Shown here one piece after another: positions 13,777 through 25,760 of a stretch of 64,000 nucleotides of DNA (positions within the stretch are counted from its first letter, which is position 1; the number at the start of each line of letters is the position of its first letter). The notes beneath the pieces are model-generated. The model made no database searches. It was given only the letters and a program-made list of their open reading frames with translations, and was not told where the DNA came from. Where the stretch lies: the NCBI RefSeq assembly GCF_001194135.2, contig NC_069000.1, positions 19,015,359 through 19,079,358 of the forward strand. The letters run 5' to 3'. The DNA comes from Octopus bimaculoides. Lineage: Eukaryota. The position numbers and the translations under genes were made by a program.

Positions 13777-14093
13777 NNNNNNNNNNNNNNNNNNNNNNNN
13801 NNNNNNNNNNNNNNNNNNNNNNNNNNNNNNNNNNNNNNNNNNNNNNNNNNNNNNNNNNNNNNNNNNNNNNNNNNNNGAAAGAGAATATGTGTGTGAACTT
13901 CCATAATATAAAATCAACATGAGGAGTAATTTTGATTCCCTTTTCGTTTACTTTCTAGATCTTGTATTTAATTGTATTTTAAGGTGAATATTTTTGTTTT
14001 GAAAATTAGTATTCGTTTCATCATTAAGCACTAAGAAATTTGATAAGAATTAAATTACAAATATTGTATGCATGCTATATTTTCTGATACTAC

Positions 14094-14132
14094 CTGAGGT
14101 GGCTATAGTACATTTCTAAAGCTGCCCATCGT
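14094..14132 (-). CDS. Candidate 39-nt symmetric (phase 2-2) cassette exon, RWAALEMYYSHL(R/S)
   Basis: Boundaries tcttatccgtcag| and cag|gtagta. Only the phase-2 frame is stop-free. A GCATG lies about 20 nt downstream in the intron. Confidence 0.35.
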
Positions 14133-14179
14133 CTGACGGATAAGACACTAATTATACATAATACAGAGAAGAAAATGAA

Positions 14180-14570
14180 ACCAGTACTGCTAAAGTAGAC
14201 TTTGCCTGTCATCCTTTTGGAGTTGATGAAATAAGTACCAGTTGAGTATTAGGGTTGCTGTAATCAACAAGTCCCTTCTCAGCAAAATTTCAGGCTTTCT
14301 GTCTATAGTAGAGAGGATTATCATCATTATCATCAACTGAACTAGCTGAATCATTAACACGTCAGACAAAATGGTTAGCAGCATTTCTTCTAGGTTTTCA
14401 CATTTGAAGTTGAAATTCTGCCGAGGCCGACTCTGTCCGTGATTCTTTTGGGATAGACAAAATTGAAGTGTCAGTCAAGTACTGAGGTTGACGTAATCAA
14501 CTAATCCCCTTCCACACAAATTGCTGGCCTTGTGCCAAAATTAGAAATTATTATTATTATTATTTACTGT
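14180..14570 (+). mobile_element. Octopus tRNA-derived SINE with (ATT)n tail: one partial and one full copy
   Basis: Same family as the 18.6-25 kb arrays (gactttgcctttcatcc, taagtaccagttgag, ggccttgtgcc motifs). Confidence 0.75.
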
Positions 14571-15443
14571 ACATGAGTTACTTGCCTCCTGAGAATAGCA
14601 GTTTACATGTTAAACATCAGTTATTTCCCTTGAATTTTGTCTTTCACTTTATCAAGGATTAAGAACTCTGGAATTCAAAGACCCAAGGTACAAGACAGGA
14701 GCCTCTAGATATGTGGTTTGATTTTCATTTAAGTTAACTCTATTATTTCAATGAAACATATAGAATATTAGATCAACCAAAAGAATTTATTTATGCAAAT
14801 TATTTAACAATAAATTCCCCAACCAACATAAAAACAATAAAGGTAGAAGAGCATCTTAGTGAGATGTCTTTGTAAAATATTTTAAAAGCTAGACAATTAT
14901 GGTTAAAAACAACATTATGTATAAACTTTCAAATATTCACAATATATTTGAAATAAAATGCAGTCACAGCTATTTCAACTAAAACTATATGACAATAATA
15001 AATTTAATATAAAGATCAAGAAATTAAAACTATTTTAGCTTTTTTTCTATTATTTTAACAAAAAATATTTCTATTTCTGTATTTTCTTTTCAGTAATAAC
15101 CTTATATGGAGATGGCTTGAACTTTCATCAAGTGGCCATACAAATAATACTACTAAGATTAATGCGGTTCTAGTTATGTCAGTCTAAAGAGACACTGTAT
15201 CTATAAAATCAGTTTAAGCAACAAGATTTTTGTATAATAAAAGCTAAAATACATTTCCATAAAAAATTTCCCTAAAAAAATTTGTCTCTAAAAATCTACA
15301 AATTAAATAGTTGTGTATTTCAGAATTGCAAAAAAGAAAGAAAAAGCATTCTCAGAGTTTATAAACAGTATGATATTGTTATGCTATTTGACAGTTGAAA
15401 CCAATACAGATGTATCAATGAAAGAATATTTTATACATATATA

Positions 15444-15499
<56 letters not shown>

Positions 15500-15502
<3 letters not shown>

Positions 15503-15670
15503 TTGTGTATATAAATATAAGATTGACCAGTGACCGGTCTGTCAAAGTGCTAGAAGAAGCTCACTTAAAAATTCTCAAATACGGATTCAGCGGAGCAAAA
15601 ACAGGCGGGCTAGACCAGTGAAGCTTCTTCTAGCATTTTGACAGACTGGTCAATCTTATATACACAAGTA
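15500..15670. mobile_element. Foldback MITE with ~53-bp inverted arms in (TA)n
   Basis: The right arm reverse-complements to TACTTGTGTATATAAGATTGACCAGTCTGTCAAAATGCTAGAAGAAGCTTCAC. The left arm is the same apart from two short local duplications and 1-2 differences. Loop about 53 nt. Confidence 0.8.
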
Positions 15671-15791
15671 CTATAATCTTTTTAGGATCTCGAAAATTTT
15701 TTTCAAGAACCTTCTGATTCTTTTAATGTGTTAGTTTCCTGGTATTAAATTGATATTAATTAATATCGAATATTTACCATATTATGTTAAT

Positions 15792-15822
<31 letters not shown>

Positions 15823-17859
15823 GAAATCATTTAGGGAATTGCCACATTAACCACAAATGAAAACAATACTCTCAGTGGATAACGCTGATCTTTTGGTTAG
15901 CCTATTCATATCTTATTCAAATGCTCAATAGATAGAAAAAGAAGAAAACCTGTATAGATGAATGACACATGAGAATATTAGACAACCAGTTCCTGTCAGA
16001 AATGCTTTGTCTCGGGGTTAAAATACATAATTGTAAAATAGTCCAGTCCACCTGATTGTGTGTAGGTGGCACAGGGTAAGAACACCTTGCGACTAGTTAT
16101 AGTGCCAATACTAAAATTAGAAAGTAGGTAGTTTGTAGGAATAGTAACATGCAATAGACTGGCATCCTATCTAGGGGAGATAAGAACCCATCCAGTTTTG
16201 CCAAATGACGTGTGCGTATATGTATACACACATACATATAAAACAATTAAAAGTTGTTGGAGATTTTAAATCATTGCTACTCCAAGTTTCATAATTTCTA
16301 TATCAATATTTCTTAGAGGAGAGACTGGTTTCAAACTCTATTTCTATTTAATAAATCTCAAAGTTATATGCACTTCTGAAAAGAAAGAGTGGTTGAATAA
16401 AATTAGTGGTAGTGAAATCTTAATTTACTGAAATGTAATTATTGCATACACACATCTTTTTACTGTGAAATTTAAACGAGACGCGTGATTTTTTAAAAGA
16501 ATAGGACCAAAATTAGCAAACTGAGGAATGAGGGCTGCTGTGATACTCTATGACAACAATAAATTGGCAATAAGATTTGGGATATCTACAAGAACATAGC
16601 ATGCAATTTAATTAAATACAATTCATTGGTTATGTAATATGAACTAATGATACAGATTAGGCATTGATAAGCTGAGAATACATATGCAGTTTTAGGAGGT
16701 CATAGTTTAAGTATGCAAGGAAGACAACTGTGTTATATTAGAGATTACGAGAACGGCAATATAAGTAGTCGAACATGAAAAATAGAATTTAAAATGTTGA
16801 TCTTAAAAAATATAGGAGTGTTGGAGAGAAACTGGTCTACTCAGATAGCCAATCAATAGAAGTGAGAACTACTACATACCAAAACGGATGTATAATTTAG
16901 AAATAACGTAGATCTCAATTTATCAAAATGCACATTTTGTTACTGTAATTTTGTGAAGGCATACAGCTTGAAAGTTAAAAATAATGGAAAGAAATAACTT
17001 ACAAATCTAGAAATCCATCACATATAATCATGTGACTATTTTCTTACCTTCATTTTGAATAATAAGTAAATTGATGACTGATCGGAGATGAAAACACTAG
17101 ACTTTATCAAGCTCATTTCTAAGAGAATAGTTTTAAAAAATGTGGATACTAATTTTCTTTATCCATTTGAAACAAAAACGAAATGTTAAAGACAAGTAAT
17201 ATAGGTGCAATCTTTAGTTAATAGTTGGAATCTTAGTCACCAGAACAGCTAATTTGTGTTAGTGATCAGAAAAATGTCCTAACAGTAAAACTTCATAATT
17301 TTGTATAGCTTAAAATATAATTCAGTACACTAAGTAACTTTGAGTCAAATTTAAAAATTAAGGAGACTTATATATTGAATTAAAATGAAAAATGTAATCT
17401 TCTTCAAACAGCAGCTTAGTTCCAAACAACATAAGATCAGAGTTCTTATTTCTTCCACACATTTTTTTTTTCTTTTCTCTTTTTAATATTTGCAGAGTCA
17501 ATAAAGTAAATACTAGAAACAAATTAGCATAACTGTTCAGAAATTTACATATTATGTTCTGAATTTGTTGTTCCACATTATACAAGCAGTATGTAACATG
17601 ATTTATTGAACATTCTATATTTGCTGCCTCGATTATTCAAGTTTATTGAATTAATCAGTTTTAATCAAATGCAACTTTTAAATTAAGAAATATATTTATC
17701 CTGATTACATTCATCTTCATTCCATTATAAAAAAAATAAGACTGTTAGCATTTATCAACAAATTTAAATATACTAAAGATTCACCTAACATAAACTCAAA
17801 TATTTGTAAATATCTAAAATAAAATTACATTAAAATTAATGCATCGATAAAAACTGCAT

Positions 17860-18360
17860 GTGCAACAAATGAAAGTGATTGAAAAGTAGAATTTATTGCA
17901 AATAAGGGTTGATTCAGTCATTTCAAAGAGAGCACATGCTTTTCAAAGGTTTACAGGTGACAAAATTACTGATGATAAGCAAACTATGCTTCATCATTGG
18001 TAAAAAGCAAATTGACATGTGTAAAAATGACATCACATGATTACTCAAATCACATGCTAAAGAAGTAACCTGTGGAGACCTACAGCTGAATGATAGCATT
18101 TGATGAAGAAGATGAAGTCTAAGAAATTCCCCAAACTATGAAGCTTTTGATCAAGTAATTAACTAAGGCCATTCATCTTATTGAAACAGGGATGGCAAAG
18201 TTTGAGAAGCAAGTTCCTTATGAAGAGAGACTAAGTTTAATGGAGTGACTAACTGCTTCAAATAGTAGAAGGCTATTTATAATGAAAAACCCCCAAAATC
18301 TCTATCCAGGCCTGTTTTGATGTTTACTTCCAGAAATTGACTCCAGAAGTAAACACCTTA
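17860..18360 (+). mobile_element. Decayed Tigger/pogo transposase remnant
   Basis: EFIANKG*FSHFKES matches the CENP-B-type FxASxGWFxRFK helix-turn-helix motif. The downstream KAIHLIETGMAKFEKQ...SIQA..DVYFQK resembles Tigger C-termini. Multiple stops and frameshifts. Confidence 0.55.
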
Positions 18361-18654
18361 TTCTCTATCAGTAGAAATAAACCATTTTTTTCTTCTGCAT
18401 CATTCACTTAATGTCATCTTAATTATTAATCTAGTATATCTTTCCAGTATGCAAAACATCAAAAAGAATGAGACTGATAACCGTTTAATCGTCATCATCA
18501 ACATCATTTAACGTCCACCTTCCATGCTATCTTTTTTATTTCTATCTAAATTAAGGAATATTTCATCAATATTTTTACATACAAACATGCACTGTCTGTT
18601 TCTCTACAGATTATAATGTTGTTAGATTTATTATTATTATTACCATCATTAAAA

Positions 18655-19711
18655 AGACAGCAAGCTGGCAGAATCGGTAGCACGTTGGAAAAAATGCTTA
18701 GCGGTATTTCGTCTGTCTTTATGTTCTAAGTTCAAATTCCGCTGAGGTTGACTTTGCCTTTCATCCTTTTGGAATTGATAAAATAAATACCAATTACACA
18801 CTAGGGTCAATGTAATTGACTTATCCCCTCCCTACAAATTTCAATCCTTGTGCTTTTAGTAGAAAGGATTTTTATCATTATTATTGTTAAAGCAGTGAGC
18901 TGGCAGAACCGTTAGCACGCAAGGTGAAATGCTTAGTGGTATTTCATCAGCCGCTATGTTCTGAGTTCAAATTCTGCCAAGGTCGACTTTGCCTTTCATC
19001 CTTTTGAGGTTGATGAAATAAGTATCAGTTATGCACTGGGGTTGATGCAATTGGCTTCATCCCTTCCTCCAAATTTGAGGCCTTGTGCTTCCAGGAGAAT
19101 TATTATTATTATTAAGGCGGTGATCTAACAGAATCGTTAGCACACCAGGCAAAATGCTTAGTGGCATTTCATCTGTCATTATGACCTGAGTTCAAATTCC
19201 GCCAAGGTAGATTTTGCCTTTCATCTTTTTGGGGTTGATGAAATAAGTACCAGTTATGCACTGAGATTGATGTAAAATTTCATGCCCCAAAATTTTATGC
19301 CTTGTGTCTCCAGTAGAAAGGATTGTTATTGTTATTATTATTATTANNNNNNNNNNNNNNNNNNNNNNNNNNNNNNNNNNNNNNNNNNNNNNNNNNNNNN
19401 NNNNNNNNNNNNNNNNNNNNNNNNNNNNNNNNNNNNNNCCCACCAAAATTTCAGGCCTTGTGCCTAAAATAAAAAGGAGTATTATTATAATTGTTATCAT
19501 TATTATTATTATTAAGGTGGTGAGCTGGCAGAATTGTTAGCAGGCCAAAATGATTGACAGTATTTTGTTTGTCTTCACATCCTCAGTTCAACTTGCCTTT
19601 CATCGTTTCAGGGTCAATAAAATAAGAACCAGTTGAGGGCTAGGGTCAATGTAATCAACTATACCCCTCCCCAAATTTCAGGCCTTGTGCCTTTAGTAGA
19701 AAGGATTGTTA

Positions 19712-19742
<31 letters not shown>

Positions 19743-20182
19743 GACAACAAGCTGGCAAAATTGTTAGCACGCAGGGAAAATTGTTTAGCATTTCATGTCT
19801 TTATGTACTGAGTTGAAATTCCACTGAGATCGACTTTGCCTTTCGTCCCCTCAGGGTTGATAAAATATGTACCAGTTGAGTACTGGGTCGATGTAATCAA
19901 CTATCTATCTCCCCTAAATTTCAGGCCTTGTGCTTGTAGAAGAAAGGATTATTATTATTATCATTATCAAGCCAGTGAACTAGCAGACTCATTTGCATGC
20001 TGGGCAAAATGCGTAGTGGCATTTCGTGCATCCTTATGTTCTGAGTTCAAATTCCACCGAGCTTGACTTTGTCTTTCATCCATTAGGGGTTGATAAATTA
20101 AGTACCAGTGAAACACTGGGTTCAATGTAATCAACTAGGCCCCTCCCACAAAATTTTGGGCCTTGTGCTTAAAGTAAAAAGG

Positions 20183-20232
<50 letters not shown>

Positions 20233-20899
20233 TACTACCTCCACCTTAGCAGAGATATTGTTTTCAGTCATGTTTGTTTGTTTGTTTGTCTGTGGACAAG
20301 ATATCTCAAGAACTGCTGGATGAATTTGGATGAAACTTTCAGGTATGTTTGGCCTCGTGGCTGGCACGAACTGATTAGATTTTGGAGGTACCGGACAAGG
20401 ATTCTGGATTATTTTTCCTGTTTGTGGTCGGGTTCATTTTTAATATTCTTGTTTGTGAGAGCAGTTGAGTTAATTTCAGATATTCTCATTTTAAAAATCA
20501 TCTCTGGCTAATTGTTGAGAGGACGTTGGTGTTGCCTTGGCGGAGGTTTGCGCTCTGAGTACTCTTATTATTATTATCAAGGTGGCAAACTGGCAGAATC
20601 ATTCATATGCCGGGCAAAATGCTTAGCGGCATTTCGTCTGTGATTTGACTGCTATTTCTAGGAGTTTGAACAACTGTGTAGAGGCTGAGTTCAAATTCCA
20701 CAGAGGTCAGATTTGCCTTTCATCCTTTCTGGGTCAATAAATTAAGTACCAGTTGAGTACCAGGATCGATGTAATTGAAGTATTTGTCTTATCCCTTATC
20801 CCAAGCATTTTGTCTGTTTTTATGTTCTGAGTTCAAATCCCTTTTAGGGTTGATTAAATAAGCAACAGTCAAGCACTGTGCTTAAAGTAAAAAAGGATG

Positions 20900-20945
<46 letters not shown>

Positions 20946-21150
20946 GGGTAGTTAGCTGGCAGCACTCAGACAAAATGCTTTGCCATATTTGTTTCAGCTC
21001 TTTATATAGTAATTCAAATTCTGCCAAGGTCAGTTTTGCTTTCAGACTTCTAAGATAGATAAAATAAAGTTTCAGTCAAGTACTGGGGTCAATTTGATTT
21101 ATCCCTTATCCCAAATTTGTGACCTTTTACCTCCAAAAGAAATTAATATT
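18655..21150 (+). repeat. Head-to-tail array of about 9-10 copies of a ~230-bp tRNA-derived SINE joined by (ATT)n
   Basis: Repeated unit gagctggcagaatcgttagc...gagttcaaattcc...gactttgcctttcatcc...ggccttgtgc...agaaaggattatt. Copies start near 18655, 18888, 19113, the gap, 19513, 19741, 19969, 20578, 20790 and 20945. It resembles described octopus tRNA-derived SINEs (OK/OR type), but the exact family is not determined. Confidence 0.9.
20236..20565 (+). mobile_element. Non-autonomous Helentron-associated (HINE/DINE-like) element inserted in a SINE tail
   Basis: 5' TACCTCCACC... and subterminal CCTTGGCGGAGGT are partly inverted. Internal (GTTT)n and ggatgaatttggatgaaactttca. Inserted in T-rich (ATT)n. 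This architecture is typical of HINEs. Confidence 0.6.
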
Positions 21151-21754
21151 ATCTTTATTATAAAGTATTATTAATTATAATCGAGATGATTTAGATAAAA
21201 ATGTATAATGTAACTAAGACAAATATTTAACTAACTTACATTAGATATGAACCTAAACCTAATTAACTGGTCTGAGATGGTTACAAATAAAACCTGGGGA
21301 CTGCTTTGCGTATATAAATTGCCACTGAAATTAGAATATTTTTAAAATCAATTTATAACAGCAATATGATCAAAATTAAATTAGACTTATATGTAAAAAT
21401 GTGCAGTTCAATTTGTTAACATCTAAACCCTAGAGCCAATAAGGTAGCCTCTACACAGTTGTTCAAACTCCTAGAAATAGCAGTCAAATCTTTGTCAAAT
21501 CACACTGTCATTTCAAAAAGGATGGGCCACACTGGCCGATGTAATCCTAGATATACACAATGCTCAAGTTAGAGGTGGATGGCCATGACTGGAAATTCTT
21601 TGATCATCGTTTAAATGGTCCTTGTATATGCATGACTGATATTTATTTTATCAACTTTGATGAGATTCAAAAACAAAATTAAATACAATCAAACACTCAG
21701 TCCAACAATATAATTTTTACCACTTCACTTTTAACAGTAATCTGTTGTACAGGC

Positions 21755-22160
21755 ACAGGCATGGCTGCATGGTTAAGCAATTTGCTACCCTATTTATGTG
21801 GCTTTGGGGTCGGTCTATGGCATGGAACTTTGGGCAAATGTCTTCTACAACAGCCCTGGTCTAACCAAAAAATTTGAGAATGAATTTCATAGACAGAATC
21901 TAAAAAGAAACCCATTATACGTGTTTGTCTTTATTGTAATATTGTGCGCTAAGCGTGAACAGATATCATGATCATACGAGTGACAGTGCTTTGCAATTGC
22001 TCTAAAAAACATGTCCAAACTCAAAGAAAATATTACCTTGCTTAGAAACAAGCGAGGATTGGAAACACAAGGAGCATCTAGTCATAGAAAATCTGCCCCA
22101 ATGAATCTTGTCTGACCCATGCAAGGATAGAAAAGTGGACACTAAAATGACAACAACGGT
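21755..22160 (+). mobile_element. Diverged composite tRNA/CORE SINE with RTE-type tail
   Basis: ggcatggctgcatggttaag head, ctttgggcaaatgtcttcta core, and tail acccatgcaaggatagaaaagtggacactaaaatgac. Confidence 0.6.
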
Positions 22161-22329
22161 GACGATGAACACAAATTTTCAGAAAGTGAATAGTAATTGA
22201 ATCAACACCGATATAGTACTGTTATGTAAATTTCTACCAACCACAAACAAAGGAAAAGCAAAAATCAAACTACGAATGCAGAGAAATGCTCTACGTTTCC
22301 GCTATTTGATTGCCTTTTATAATAATAAT

Positions 22330-23305
22330 AACAACAATGTCTTGGCACAAAGCCAAAAATTTTGAGGAATGGGGACAATTGATCAAATCAACTCCAGTAT
22401 ATGTTTGGTATTATATTAATAACCCTGAAATAATGGAAAGCAGGTTTTGAAGTCACAATGTAAAGGGACATAACTAAATCCAGCAAGACATCTAGTCTGG
22501 CGCTCTCTTAGTTCTGCCATCCACTGTCCTAACAATAGTATAAATGATTTCTAACAGACACAAGGCAATATATTTTGGGGAAGGGTATAGATGATTATAT
22601 GAACAACATTATTTGAAGAATATCCATTTTACTGATTCTGGAAAGGTGAAAGGCAAGGATGATTTCAGTAGGTTTGAATGCATTACACAACTAACTACCA
22701 CAAATGCCCTACCATTTCAACCATTTAATGTCCTCCACTGCCCTTATTAATCATAACGATGATCTATATTCATACAAAGCAAAAGAAATACAATATCATT
22801 TATAACTATTGACAGCTAAATTTGCTTTACTATTTAAAATAATCATAATTATCTAGTTTAGTTTTCAAGTATTTAAAGACATTTAAATTTAGAAAATCTA
22901 CTTTTAAATAATAATAATCCTTTCTACTAAAGACACAAAGCCTAAAATTTGGTAAGAAGGGATTAGTCAATTACACTGACCCCAGTACACATCTGGTACT
23001 TATTTTATCAACCCCGAAAGGATGAAAGGCAAAGACAACTTCGGCAGAATTTGAACTCAGGATGTAAAAACGGATGAAATACCACTGAGCATTTTCCCTA
23101 GTGTGCTAACAATTCTGCCAACTCATCGTTTTAAAAATAATAATAATAATCTTTTCTACTATAGGCACAAGGCCTGAAATTTGGGGACGGGGGCTAGTCA
23201 ATTATATCAACCCCAGTATTCAACTGGTACTTATTTTATCAACCCTAAAAGGATGAAAGGCAAAGTCGATCATGATGGCATTTCAACTTAGAAAAAAAAG
23301 AAGGA

Positions 23306-23360
<55 letters not shown>

Positions 23361-24394
23361 CAACAACAATGCTTTTCAAATTTTGGCACAATGCCAGTAG
23401 TTTCAGGTTGGAGGCAAGTTGATTACATTGACCCCAGTGATCTACTGGTACTTATTTTTTTACCCCGAAAGGATGAAAGGCAAAGTGGAGACCTTGGCAG
23501 AATTTGAACTCAGAACATGAAGATGGACAAAATGCCACTAAGCGTTTTGACTGTCAGGCTAACGATCTTGCCAGCTTACCATCTTCATCGTTTAACGTCC
23601 GCTTTCCATGCTAGCATGGGTTGGACGATTTGACTGAGGACTGGTGAAACCGGATGGCAACACCAGGCTCCAAATAATAATCCTCTCTATTATAGGCACA
23701 AAATCTGAAATTTTAGAGGAGGGAGCTAGTTGATTACATCAACCCAAGCACCTAACTGGTATTTATTTCACCCACCCTGAAAGAATAAAAAGAAAAGTCA
23801 AACTTGATAGCATTTGAACTCAGAATGTAAAAACGGATAAAATGTCCGGTATGGTAACAATTCTGCCAGCCCGCCATCTTAACAACAATTTTATCACAAA
23901 GCCAGCAATTTTGAGAGGATAGGAAGTTGATTACATTGACTCCAGTGATGAATGGATACTTATTTTATTGACCCTAGAAGAATAAAAGGCAAAATCAACC
24001 ACAGCAACATTTGAACTTGGAACACAAAGAGAGAGCATTTAGTCTGGCATGGTAACGAGGCCTGAAATTTTGGGCAAGACAGCTAATTGATTACATCAAG
24101 CCCAGTACTCAAATGATACTTAATTCATCAAGCCTGAAGAATGAAAGATAAAATCAACCCTAGTAGTAATTGAACTTAAGACATAAAGAAGCGGAAAAAA
24201 TGCTACCAAGCATTTTGTCCAGTGTGGTAACAATTCTGCCAGCTCACCTTAATAACAATAATAATAATAATAATAACAATGATGATGATAGTACTGTCTG
24301 AGGTCCTTGTTTTGACTTGCGGGACAGAACAAACCCCCGGTAGACACAATATCTTCAATCAACATCATGATATTGGATACTGTGTGACGTCTTA

Positions 24395-24426
<32 letters not shown>

Positions 24427-24990
24427 TCCTTTCTACGAAAGGCACAAGGCCAGAAATTTTTGGGGAGGGAACTAGTTGATTACATTGATTGCAATGTGTA
24501 ACTGGAATTCATTTCATCGACCCCAAAAGGATGAAAGCTAAGTCAACCCCGGCAGCATCTGAACTCAGGATGGACAATAATAATCCTTTCAAGGCCTGAA
24601 TTTTGGGGGGAGGATGCCAGTCAATTATATCGACCCCAGTGCTTGACTGGTATTCATTTTACCAACCCTGAAAGGATGGAAAGCAAAATCAACCTCAGCG
24701 GAATTTGAACCCAGAACATAGAGATGGATGAAATGCTGCCAGGCATATTGTCCGCCAGCTCGCCACTCAAATAATAATAATAATAATTCTTTCTACTATA
24801 TATATATACAAGTCTGAAATTTTGGGGGATGGGCTAGTCAATTGCATTGACCGCAGTGTTCAATTGGTACTCATTTTCTCGACCCCCAAATGGATGAAAT
24901 TTGAACACAGCATGTAAAAATAGACAAAATGCCACTATGCATTTTGTCTGGTGTGCTAATGGTTCTGCCAGCTCGACACTTTAAAAATAA
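22330..24990 (-). repeat. Head-to-tail array of about 10-11 copies of the same ~230-bp SINE in reverse orientation, joined by (AAT)n
   Basis: Repeated reverse unit aataatcctttctact...gcacaaggcctgaaattt...ggatgaaaggcaaagtc...atttgaactcag...ctgccagctc. Interrupted by an RTE-tail fragment (23582-23672) and a distinct fragment at 24290-24392. Confidence 0.9.
24290..24392 (+). mobile_element. Short retroelement 3'-end fragment embedded in (TAA)n, possibly R4/Dong-like
   Basis: Unique 100-bp piece ending ...cttAAATAATAAT within an AAT microsatellite. Dong/R4 elements target (TAA)n. The assignment is inference only. Confidence 0.3.
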
Positions 24991-25725
24991 TAATGAAAGA
25001 ATTTAGTTTCGCCCAACAACTTATTTGCTTATTATTTCCTTTTCTATGAGGATCATGTTTTATTTAAGAGCTAAGCTAAACCCATTGTCACTAACCGCGA
25101 GACTGAATCAACTGGTTTTGCTACTATTAGAGTTTACTAGTGATTCCTACACAAGTTTATTAAAAATGCATAGCTTTAATAAATATATAACTGGAAATAG
25201 ATATTTAAAATATGTGCACAGGCAAATGTCTGCAAGTAAGCATGCATGCGTATGTACATGTGAACGGTTATGAGAATTTGCATATGTATCTTTGAATGCA
25301 ATTAGTTTCAGAAATATGTGCGTGTGTGCAAACAGATGTGTACTAATGCGTATTCACTTGTGTAGACATAAATGTGTGACCACATACAAGTATATATATA
25401 TATAAGTGTATGTATGTAAAGGTAGATGTCTACAGGTGTGGGAGGCATACACATGTGTAAAAATGTTGTCTAAGTATAGTGTACGCATGTGGACTTTTGT
25501 GTGCGCGCATGTGTAATAAACGTGCAATACATTTTATACACATATATAATAATAATAATAATGATGATGATAATTTGATTTTGATTAAACTTTTTAACAT
25601 CAAATTCAGAATAAAATTTGAAGATGGAACCTATATACCAGATGGCGTTAACAACACTAACTACATACGCACACATATATATAAATAGCGTGAAACTATT
25701 ATTAGTGCTTTTGGTTATGCATTAG

Positions 25726-25760
<35 letters not shown>

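Noticed and set aside
17000-17120. Minus-strand donors AAG|GTAAGA (17048) and TTT|GTAAGT (17001)
   Set aside because: No acceptor and frame combination joined cleanly to neighbouring candidates without stops or a purine-rich acceptor.
18655-24990. CRISPR-like appearance of regularly repeated units
   Set aside because: Units are ~230-bp diverged SINEs with microsatellite linkers. There are no short identical repeats with unique spacers and no cas genes, and the context is eukaryotic.
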